64,000 nt of DNA, taken from positions 214,272 to 278,271 of the forward strand of contig JAZDEG010000011.1 of NCBI GenBank assembly GCA_043809085.1, in the 5' to 3' direction. This DNA is from Pseudomonadota bacterium. Lineage in GTDB: Bacteria > Desulfobacterota > Desulfobulbia > Desulfobulbales > SURF-16. A model generated the notes under the pieces. The model had not been told where the DNA came from. It saw only the letters and a program-made list of their open reading frames with translations, and did not search any database. Numbering within the stretch: position 1 is the first letter of the stretch; every line of letters begins with the position of its first letter. Of this stretch, positions 54,556 through 62,760 are shown piece after piece. A program made the position numbers and the translations under genes.

Positions 54556-57132
54556 ATGAAAATCCCAAACCCTGAATTACAACTTGCCGACGATTTTGTC
54601 AGGTACACTGACTGCAATGTTTTCCTGACCGGTAAAGCCGGTACGGGCAAGACCACTTTTCTCCACAATTTAAAAAAAAATACCCATAAGCGCATGATAG
54701 TCACCGCGCCGACCGGTGTTGCGGCCATCAATGCCGGTGGAGTGACCCTGCATTCATTTTTTCAGATGCCTTTTGGCCCGTTCGTGCCCGGCGGCGAAGA
54801 CTATGGGCACAACAAGCAACGCAGATTCAGCAAAGAAAAAATCAACATCATCAAGAGTCTCGATCTTCTGGTGATTGATGAGATAAGCATGGTGCGGGCC
54901 GATCTGCTTGATGGCGTGGATATGATTCTGCGGCGTTACCGCCGCGGCAATCTGCCGTTCGGGGGCGTGCAACTTCTGATGATCGGTGATCTGCACCAGT
55001 TGTCACCGGTGATAAAGGATTTCGAATGGCAGATCCTACGGGACTATTATGAATCGGGCTATTTTTTTAGCAGTAATGCCTTGGGGCAAACCGAGCTGGT
55101 ATCAATTGAATTGAAGCATATTTACCGGCAATCCGATCTGCGATTCATCGAACTGCTCAACCGGGTGCGCGACAACAGGCTTGATGCGGAATCACTTTCG
55201 GAGTTGAACAGCCGTTTTGTTCCGAATTTTGTTCCGGAAGATGACGATGGCTTCATTACTCTCGGCACCCACAATCGCGGGGTTGACGCCATTAATGAAT
55301 CCCGGCTGCGAACCTTGCCGGCAAAGACGCATCGTTTCAGCGCCGATGTGGAAGGAGATTTTCCTGAATACTCCTATCCGACTTCGGCCACCCTTGAACT
55401 GAAGGAAGGCGCCCAGGTCATGTTCGTGCGTAACGATTCTTCGCACGATAAGCGCTACTTTAACGGAAAAATCGGCAAGATAACCCGTCTTGACAAGAAA
55501 GTGCTTTGCATAAAGTGTCCCGGCGACAAAGAAGAAATCGTCGTTGAGCAGGCTACCTGGGAAAATATCAAGTACACGATTGACAGCCACTCACATGAAA
55601 TCACTGAAAATAAAATAGGAAAATTTGTCCAATACCCTCTGAAACTGGCGTGGGCAATTACCATTCATAAGAGTCAGGGGCTCACCTTTGACAAGGCCGT
55701 TATAGACGCGGCCGCAGCCTTTGCCCATGGGCAGGTCTATGTGGCTTTAAGCCGCTGCAGGACATTTGAGGGGATAGTGCTCAGTTCGCCTCTTTCGCTG
55801 CAGGCGGTGAAATGCGATGGCGCGGTGCTTGATTTCGTCGGCAAGGCATGCCGGAACCAACCCTCCCAGGAACGTTTGACTGCGGAAAAAATCAGCAGCC
55901 AGCAACGGTTGTTGATGGACTGTTTTGATTTCGGGCAGTTGCGATTCCGTTTGAATCGTTTTGTGCGAGTGGTGCTTAGCAACGAACGACTGGTGACGGT
56001 GACGGGTGTGGATGATATCCGTGAATTGGAACGAAGGGGAGTGGAGGAGATTTGCGTTGTCGCTGAAAATTTTAAACGGCAACTGAGCAGTCTCTTTGTC
56101 AATGGCGGCCCGCCTCAGACGGATGGCGCTGTTTTGGAACGCATCAGCAAGGCATCGATTTATTTTCAGGAAAAAATCGCAACGATCCTGGGGAAAAATC
56201 TCCGTATTTTGCGAGTTGATACGGATAACAAGGAAATAAACAAACGAGTCAAAGACGGTCTGAACGAACTCAACAAGGAAATTGCCGTGAAAACGGCAGC
56301 CGTGCAGAGTTGTGAAAGCGGTTTTTCCCCTGAGCGATATCTGCGCGCCCTGTCTGCCGCTGAAATCGATTTCATGCCGGACAAGGGCAAAAAGGCCGTG
56401 GCGGCGGGATACACCACTGCCGATGTGGCTCATCCAGAATTGTTCCAATCCCTGAAAGACTGGCGTGCGCAAATGGCTGCAAGGGAGGGGCTTCCCCAAT
56501 ACCGGATTCTGCATCAAAGCGTCCTGATCCAGATTGCGGTCAATCTGCCTGATAATATCATGAATATGGGAATTATAAAGGGCATCGGGTCGCGTACCCT
56601 GGAAAAATACGGCAAGGCGCTGGTTGATATTGTTTCGGCCTATCGACGGCAACACAAAATTGCCGAGGTGGTGCTGCCCGAGCCCGAAGCCGCTGTGAAA
56701 AAACGGGTTGATGAAAAAAAAGAAAAACCGGCTGACATCAATAATACCCGGCAAGTCAGCTTTGCAATGTTCCAGTCGGGATTAACGGTTGCCCGGATTG
56801 CTGAAGAACGCGGCCTTGCCGTTGCTACCATAGAAGGGCATCTGATCCATTTTGTCGAAACCGGCGAATTGGAAATCGGCAGGCTGCTGTCGCCGGAAAA
56901 ACAACAGGCCATCGCGCAAAAACTGGTCGAAATGAAGAACAGCCCGCTCAAGGAGGTAAAAACAGCCCTTGGTGAAGACTGTTCTTACGGTGATATCAGG
57001 CTGATGCAGGCCTCCATGAAATATCATGGGGGTATGGCCGCGACGCCTGAGCCTGTGACAGGACAAGGGAAAGATTCAGGAGCCGTTTTTTCTTCTCCCG
57101 GAAGAGTATTGAAAGCTGGAAACCGTGTTTAA
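54556..57132 (+). CDS. Pif1/RecD-family helicase with HRDC-like and C-terminal HTH regions
   Basis: Walker A LTGKAGTGKTT, Walker B LLVIDEISMV, and later helicase motifs (ITIHKSQGLTFD, YVALSRC). An HRDC-like segment (LKDWRAQMAAREGLPQYRILHQSVLIQIA) and a C-terminal helicase-HTH-like repeat follow. I prefer the ATG at 54556 over the TTG at 54472. Confidence 0.8.
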   Translation: MKIPNPELQLADDFVRYTDCNVFLTGKAGTGKTTFLHNLKKNTHKRMIVTAPTGVAAINAGGVTLHSFFQMPFGPFVPGGEDYGHNKQRRFSKEKINIIKSLDLLVIDEISMVRADLLDGVDMILRRYRRGNLPFGGVQLLMIGDLHQLSPVIKDFEWQILRDYYESGYFFSSNALGQTELVSIELKHIYRQSDLRFIELLNRVRDNRLDAESLSELNSRFVPNFVPEDDDGFITLGTHNRGVDAINESRLRTLPAKTHRFSADVEGDFPEYSYPTSATLELKEGAQVMFVRNDSSHDKRYFNGKIGKITRLDKKVLCIKCPGDKEEIVVEQATWENIKYTIDSHSHEITENKIGKFVQYPLKLAWAITIHKSQGLTFDKAVIDAAAAFAHGQVYVALSRCRTFEGIVLSSPLSLQAVKCDGAVLDFVGKACRNQPSQERLTAEKISSQQRLLMDCFDFGQLRFRLNRFVRVVLSNERLVTVTGVDDIRELERRGVEEICVVAENFKRQLSSLFVNGGPPQTDGAVLERISKASIYFQEKIATILGKNLRILRVDTDNKEINKRVKDGLNELNKEIAVKTAAVQSCESGFSPERYLRALSAAEIDFMPDKGKKAVAAGYTTADVAHPELFQSLKDWRAQMAAREGLPQYRILHQSVLIQIAVNLPDNIMNMGIIKGIGSRTLEKYGKALVDIVSAYRRQHKIAEVVLPEPEAAVKKRVDEKKEKPADINNTRQVSFAMFQSGLTVARIAEERGLAVATIEGHLIHFVETGELEIGRLLSPEKQQAIAQKLVEMKNSPLKEVKTALGEDCSYGDIRLMQASMKYHGGMAATPEPVTGQGKDSGAVFSSPGRVLKAGNRV

Positions 57133-57439
57133 AAAACATGCATTATTGGCGTCAACAAGTGTGCCAGGAGGTGTATTGGCGAACAGCGTGCGTTTTCTGC
57201 GGGTACGGCAATTCTCACGAAAACAGTTTAAACATCCATGGGGAATTTTAGTATACTGATTTTCAGCTTGTAAAATGAGAACGTGCCGGAAGTTGCAAAG
57301 TTGATCATCCGTTTATGGGAGAGGAAAATTGCATAAGTACCGGCACAAGTACCGGCGGACGGGGGCATGTTTTTTGGGGACGGTAGCGGCAATATTGAGA
57401 TGAAACAACTGAAAAATCAGGTTGGAACGGGAGGACGCA

Positions 57440-58585
57440 ATGTTTGATTTTGACTTTCATAACCCGACAAGGATACTTTTCGGGCGTGGCAGGGAAACGG
57501 AAATCGGCAAAGAGTTGAAGGGCGCCGGCATTGGGAAGGTTCTTTTTCTTTACGGCAGGGATTCCGTTAAAAAATCAGGGCTTTTTGACCGTATTGTCGC
57601 AAGCCTTAAGCAAAATAATATTGCCTATATTGAGCATGGCGGGGTGGTGTCCAATCCGGTGATCACGCATACGAGGCAAGGGGTTGGTCTGGCCAAAAAA
57701 GAAAGGGTTGATGCCGTGCTTGCAGTGGGCGGCGGTTCGGTGCTCGATGAGGGCAAGGCTATTGCCGTTGGCGCTCTTGCCGATGATGATGTCTGGAATT
57801 ACTTCATCGGCAAGGAGGTTGTCGCGGCCCTTCCTGTTTTCAGCGTTCTTACGCTGGCTGCAACCGGCAGCGAAATGAACGGGAATGCAGTGGTGACCAA
57901 TGAGGAAACGCGGCAGAAGTATAATATCTCCTCACTTCTGGTTTATCCGAGAGTCTCCGTTCTCAATCCGGAATTAACCTGCACCGTTCCGCCTGACTAC
58001 TCGGCCTATGGCGCGGTGGATGCCATTGCCCATGTGATCGAGGGATATTTTACCCGTCAAGGGGGAACGCACCTGCAGGACCGTCTGGTTGAAGGCATTA
58101 TCAAGACGGTGATTGAGACAAATAACGTCATCATGAAAGAGCCCGCCGATTATGCGGCCAGGGCGGAATTCATGTGGGCCGCGACCCTGGCCCTGAATGG
58201 CCTGACCACCGCAGGACTTGACGAGTACAATTTTCCGAACCACATGATCGAACATGCGCTCAGCGCGCTTTACAATATCGCACACGGTGCGGGCTTGGCG
58301 ATTGTCATTCCGGCCTGGATGAAATGGTATTGCTCCAGGTGTCCTGATCGTTTTGAAAGGTTTTCCCGGGAAGTATTCGAACTTGACGGGGTTGAGTCCG
58401 GAATTGCGGCACTTGAAAGCTGGTTTGCCGCAATCGGCGCACCAACCCGTCTCTCCCATGCCGGGATAGCTGCGGAGGACATCGACCAGATCGCCGATAA
58501 CGCCTTTGGGTTGGCGACCCAGTGGGGAATTGCCGGGATCTATCCGCAGAAGGCGATCGCTGAAATTCTCCGGCTTGCGGTCTGA
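57440..58585 (+). CDS. iron-containing alcohol dehydrogenase (YqhD/butanol dehydrogenase-like)
   Basis: FDFHNPTRILFGRG, AVGGGSVLDEGKAIA, and metal ligand blocks (HVIEGYF, MIEHALSALYNIAHGAGLAI). Confidence 0.85.
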   Translation: MFDFDFHNPTRILFGRGRETEIGKELKGAGIGKVLFLYGRDSVKKSGLFDRIVASLKQNNIAYIEHGGVVSNPVITHTRQGVGLAKKERVDAVLAVGGGSVLDEGKAIAVGALADDDVWNYFIGKEVVAALPVFSVLTLAATGSEMNGNAVVTNEETRQKYNISSLLVYPRVSVLNPELTCTVPPDYSAYGAVDAIAHVIEGYFTRQGGTHLQDRLVEGIIKTVIETNNVIMKEPADYAARAEFMWAATLALNGLTTAGLDEYNFPNHMIEHALSALYNIAHGAGLAIVIPAWMKWYCSRCPDRFERFSREVFELDGVESGIAALESWFAAIGAPTRLSHAGIAAEDIDQIADNAFGLATQWGIAGIYPQKAIAEILRLAV

Positions 58586-58598
58586 TGAGAGCAGCAGG

Positions 58599-59048
58599 GT
58601 GGAAAGTTTTTTGATCGCAAACGGGCTGCCGGCCCTGTTTTTTCTCAGTTTTCTCGCGGCAACCGTTATCCCCCTTGGATCGGAATGGCTCGTGGTCGCT
58701 CTGATTCTTAATCATTTCCCGCTGGATTCGGTGGTTGCGGTGGCAACCGTCGGGAATTATCTGGGGGCTTGCACCACCTATGGTATCGGTCTCTGGGGGG
58801 CGACCTTTCTGATCAGGAAGATATTGCGGGTGGATGACGACAATCTGGCCAGGGCCCAGCGTTTCTACCGGAAATACGGGTGCTGGTCTCTTTTCTTCTC
58901 CTGGCTGCCCGTGGTTGGAGATCCCCTCTGTCTCATCGGCGGCCTGATGAAGATGAATTTTGTTGTTTTTTCCCTCCTGGTTTTTGCCGGCAAGCTGGCT
59001 CGTTATCTGACGATTGGGCTGATCACCGCTTCCACCATGGGGGTATGA
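58599..59048 (+). CDS. YqaA/DedA-type (VTT domain) membrane protein
   Basis: LPALFFLSFLAATVIPLGSEWLVV... and LPVVGDPLCLIGG blocks. I chose the GTG at 58599 to avoid overlap with the adh gene, so the start is uncertain. Confidence 0.6.
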   Translation: MESFLIANGLPALFFLSFLAATVIPLGSEWLVVALILNHFPLDSVVAVATVGNYLGACTTYGIGLWGATFLIRKILRVDDDNLARAQRFYRKYGCWSLFFSWLPVVGDPLCLIGGLMKMNFVVFSLLVFAGKLARYLTIGLITASTMGV

Positions 59049-59117
59049 CGTTTTTCGTGATAAAGCCGGTTGTCTTCGGTCCGGGGCGGCTGGAATGAAA
59101 GAAAATAAATAATTGGA

Positions 59118-61103
59118 TTGAGTTCAATGCAAGAAAAAGCCACGTGCGAAGAACCGGAAGTAAAAGACCATGGGCCAGAACGACAAGCGGCTTTCGACCG
59201 CGAAAATGTTATTGCCATGAAGGAGATGGTGGCGCGCTACAGTGATCTTATGGAGAATGCCGGCGATCTCATTCACAGCGTGACGCCACAGGGAACATTT
59301 CTTTATGTCAACAAGGCATGGAAGGAGGTGCTCGGCTATACGGATGAAGACATCAAATATCTGAAATTGATGGATATTGTTGAAGAGGATTGCCGGAAAA
59401 AATGCAACAGCATCTTTCAGTGCCTCCTGCAGGGAGAGAAACTTGATCGGAATGAGACCACCTTTGTGGCCAAAGACGGAAGCAGGATTCTGGTTGAAGG
59501 GCGATGCTCAACCAAGTTCAGGGATGGTGTTCCCGTCTCCATGACGGGTATTTTCCGGGATATCGGCGAACGTGTCAGAAATGAACAGGCATTGCGGGAA
59601 AGTGAAAAACAATATCGGGATCTTTTTGAAAATGCCCATGATCTGATCCAGATTGTCCGGCCCGACGGGCGGCTTCTTTTGGTCAACCGTTCCTGGAGGC
59701 AGACATTCGGCTACAGTCAGGAGGAAATCAGCAATCTTTCCATTTTTGACCTTATTTCCCCCGAATGCAGTGAGCATTGTCAGGAGACCTTTCAGCGCGT
59801 CATGTCGGAAGAAAAGGTGCATACCATAGGCGGGAACACCGTTTTCATGGCCAAGGATGGAAGAAGGGTCATCATTGAAGGCAATGCCTGCTGCAAGTTT
59901 CAGGACGGCAAACCGGTTTCCACCCAGTGCATTTTTCGTGATGTGACGGAAAAGAGGAGAATGGAATCCGAATTGCTCAAAGCCCAGAAACTTGAGTCTG
60001 TGGGGGTTTTTGCCGGCGGTATCGCCCATGATTTCAACAATCTGCTGACAGCCATTCTCGGCAACATCTCGCTTGCCAAGATGTTTCTGCAGCCGGACGA
60101 CCCTGTTTTCAAACGGCTGGAAATGACCGAAAAGGCATCACATCAGGCCAAAGGTCTGACCCAGCAGCTTCTTACCTTTTCCAAAGGCGGCGCACCGATA
60201 AAAAAGATTGCTTCCATATCTGAATTGATCAAGGACTCCAGCAGTTTCATCCTGCGTGGCGCCAATATCCGGTGTGAATTTCAGATGGCCGAGGACCTTT
60301 GGCCCCTGGAGGTGGATGAAGGACAACTCAGTCAGGTGACGCAGAATCTGGTCATCAACGCCGGTCAGGCCATGCCGGATGGCGGGGTATTGATAATCCG
60401 GGCAGACAATTTCGAGGCCGGGCCGTCAAATTGCCCTACCCTTGCAGCGGGACGGTATGTGCAGATATCCTTTATCGATCAGGGAGTCGGCATCCCGCAG
60501 GAGCACCATACAAAGATTTTTGACCCATATTTTTCCAGCAAGCAGACCGGCAGCGGACTGGGATTGGCCGTTGCCTACTCGATAATAAAAAACCATGGCG
60601 GCATCATCATGGTTGATTCCGAAATCGGAAGAGGATCAACTTTTTCCATCTACCTTCCCGCCTCAACGAAAAGTCTTGTCCCTGATCTGGAAAATGAACA
60701 ATCTCCGTCTTCATCTAACGGCAAGGGCCGGATATTGATCATGGACGATGAAGAGATCGTCCGGGAGATTGCCGCTGAAATGCTGGGATACATTGGCTGC
60801 GAAACCATGCCTGCCAGGGACGGCAATGAGGCCATTGAGATGTATGTCAAGGCGAAAGAGGAGGGGAGTCCCTTTGATGCCGTTCTGGTTGACCTGACCA
60901 TTGTCGGAGGCATGGGTGGCCGGGAGGCCATTGTCCGGTTGCGGGAGATTGATCCTGACGTCAAGGCCGTTGTGTCAAGCGGCTATGCCAATGACCCCAT
61001 CATGGCCAACTACCGTGATTATGGTTTTTGCGGCGTGGTTCCCAAGCCATACAGGCTGCACGAACTGAGTTCGACCATTTGCGGGATTATCCGGAAGAGG
61101 TGA
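59118..61103 (+). CDS. cytoplasmic hybrid sensor histidine kinase (2 PAS - HisKA - HATPase - REC)
   Basis: Two PAS repeats, H-box GGIAHDFNNLLTAI, G boxes DQGVGI and GSGLGLA, and a receiver ILIMDDEEIV...DLTIVGGMGG. Confidence 0.85.
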   Translation: MSSMQEKATCEEPEVKDHGPERQAAFDRENVIAMKEMVARYSDLMENAGDLIHSVTPQGTFLYVNKAWKEVLGYTDEDIKYLKLMDIVEEDCRKKCNSIFQCLLQGEKLDRNETTFVAKDGSRILVEGRCSTKFRDGVPVSMTGIFRDIGERVRNEQALRESEKQYRDLFENAHDLIQIVRPDGRLLLVNRSWRQTFGYSQEEISNLSIFDLISPECSEHCQETFQRVMSEEKVHTIGGNTVFMAKDGRRVIIEGNACCKFQDGKPVSTQCIFRDVTEKRRMESELLKAQKLESVGVFAGGIAHDFNNLLTAILGNISLAKMFLQPDDPVFKRLEMTEKASHQAKGLTQQLLTFSKGGAPIKKIASISELIKDSSSFILRGANIRCEFQMAEDLWPLEVDEGQLSQVTQNLVINAGQAMPDGGVLIIRADNFEAGPSNCPTLAAGRYVQISFIDQGVGIPQEHHTKIFDPYFSSKQTGSGLGLAVAYSIIKNHGGIIMVDSEIGRGSTFSIYLPASTKSLVPDLENEQSPSSSNGKGRILIMDDEEIVREIAAEMLGYIGCETMPARDGNEAIEMYVKAKEEGSPFDAVLVDLTIVGGMGGREAIVRLREIDPDVKAVVSSGYANDPIMANYRDYGFCGVVPKPYRLHELSSTICGIIRKR

Positions 61104-61244
61104 ACGGATCTTCGGCGAAAAGCAGGAAGATAACGACTAAGAGAAGAAGCGCGTCTAGCTTAAGCCGAGTACTTTCGAGTTGTAATTGAGCAGGTCGAAG
61201 CCGTAAAAAACTGGTGTGCTCGCGCGTCGTTCTTTATTGTATTG

Positions 61245-61670
61245 TTAGACTTTTTTAATGTATTTTTCAATAGTTATGAGCGTAAAATCTCCGATTTTCT
61301 CGGTTGATACTTGTAATTCATGAGGAGTGATTTCTTCATGTTTTTTTATGTCTAGAATTGTACGGATGCTGTTGTGTGAGTTACCTGTTGAGAAAGTATC
61401 CATGACTGCGTTTTTAATTTTGCAGTTTTCACAATTTACGTCTACCCCACAACCAGCTTCAGTGAAAGCGTGAATACAATCGAAGACCTGGCCTCCTCTG
61501 TGCCCTTCAATTTGACCTAAACCTTTGCCAAATAATTCACATGCCTTTTTATTCGCTGTTACTACTTGCCTTGGTTGCGCTTGCATTAGAAGGGTGGGGT
61601 GATCAAGTGCATTGAGGAATGCTTTATGGTTTTCAATGTTGTTTGGGGAAGATGTGTAAGCTCGTTCCAT
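61245..61670 (-). CDS. small PAS-like protein with Cys cluster
   Basis: 141 aa containing FDCIHAFTEAGCGVDVNCENCK. It lies in a locally low-GC stretch. The family is uncertain. Confidence 0.45.
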   Translation of the reverse strand: MERAYTSSPNNIENHKAFLNALDHPTLLMQAQPRQVVTANKKACELFGKGLGQIEGHRGGQVFDCIHAFTEAGCGVDVNCENCKIKNAVMDTFSTGNSHNSIRTILDIKKHEEITPHELQVSTEKIGDFTLITIEKYIKKV

Positions 61671-61972
61671 GATGTCCTTAATTTTTTTTCTGAAGCCTGC
61701 CTAGCAAGTTATTGCCAAATTTTTTAATATCTACTTCAACCTAACATTCTTGACAATAAAATATCGGGTATTCTGTGCGTTTCCAACCAGTATTCTTCAT
61801 CAGTGAATGATACGCAGAAATTTGATAATATCATCAAAATCATCGACAAGAGTAACCGTATCAGCAAGACCGCAAGTTGACATTCGTAATGTTTCCGTAA
61901 GGAGATTGCGCAATGAAGTGCATCTTTTGCCGTTACCGGCTGCCAATTCATCTCCGTGCAGTGACAGGGGGC

Positions 61973-61997
61973 AAAAAAAGTGGGCCTTGCGGCCCAC
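61973..61997 (-). terminator. rho-independent terminator after the TPR gene
   Basis: GTGGGCC-TTGC-GGCCCAC form a perfect 7-bp stem, followed on the minus strand by TTTTTTT. It lies 38 nt after the stop at 62035. Confidence 0.7.
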
Positions 61998-62034
61998 ATT
62001 TGTACCGCACTCAGACGGTTAAATCATTAACGTG

Positions 62035-62607
62035 CTACTTTTCTATCCATTTCTCGAGTTTTCTGACTTCTTCTTCTGTCAGGACTATCCGCAGGGGGCC
62101 CCTGTCTCCTTCCAGCAAGGCCATGGATCTTTCAAACAGGGTATGGTTGCTGCCGAATGTATTGGTAAAGCTGCCAACCTCGACATCGGAATAGGCGACG
62201 GCTGCCTTGAAATCGGCAACCGCCTCGTCCTCACGGCCTAATTGGCTTTTGGCCAGGCCTCTGGCCAGAAAAGCAGTTCCCCGTTCACGGTTCATACCAA
62301 TGGCGTGATTGAGATCCTCGAGGGCGCACTCATAATCACCTTCATCGAGAAAGGCGATTCCCCGGTAATAATAAGCGCGCTCATTGTCAGGGTCGAGTTC
62401 CAGGACAGCCGTGAAATCATCGATTGCCCTGTCATATTCCCCTGTCTTGAGATAAGCGACGCCTCGGCTCAAATATGTTCTCGCCGGATCATAGCCTTCG
62501 TCATGGGCCCTTGTGAATTTTTCAATGCTTTCTTTCACGTGCCCGTCAATAAACAGGGTTTGTCCTTCATGAAACAGTTCTGTTGTCGTCATATGGCACC
62601 TCCTCAT
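62035..62607 (-). CDS. tetratricopeptide repeat protein
   Basis: 190 aa with 4-5 TPR units (for example YLSRGVAYLKTGEYDRAIDDFTAVLELDPDN). Confidence 0.75.
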   Translation of the reverse strand: MRRCHMTTTELFHEGQTLFIDGHVKESIEKFTRAHDEGYDPARTYLSRGVAYLKTGEYDRAIDDFTAVLELDPDNERAYYYRGIAFLDEGDYECALEDLNHAIGMNRERGTAFLARGLAKSQLGREDEAVADFKAAVAYSDVEVGSFTNTFGSNHTLFERSMALLEGDRGPLRIVLTEEEVRKLEKWIEK

Positions 62608-62760
62608 TTCAAGAAAAATGAATGCCTGATAATCATTTCTTCGGAGTAAATTGAATCATTACTCTCAAGGTAAAAGATAATGATTATTATGTTGGGATGC
62701 CAGGTGACATGCTGAATTCTTTTGGAATACGTAATAAAGGAAAAGAGAGAGTGAGTGTTC

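Noticed and set aside
55747-56754. 335-aa ORF antisense to the Pif1-like helicase
   Set aside because: It is entirely contained in the helicase gene on the opposite strand, has no recognisable motif, and is a shadow ORF.
57176-57190. TGGCGAACAGCGTGC as a sigma-54 promoter for the alcohol dehydrogenase gene
   Set aside because: The spacing is right, but the -12 element is GTGC rather than TTGC, and the site lies about 250 nt from the start codon. That is too weak to call. The nearby AAGTACCGGC x2 direct repeat (about 57335-57360) was noted but is too short to interpret.
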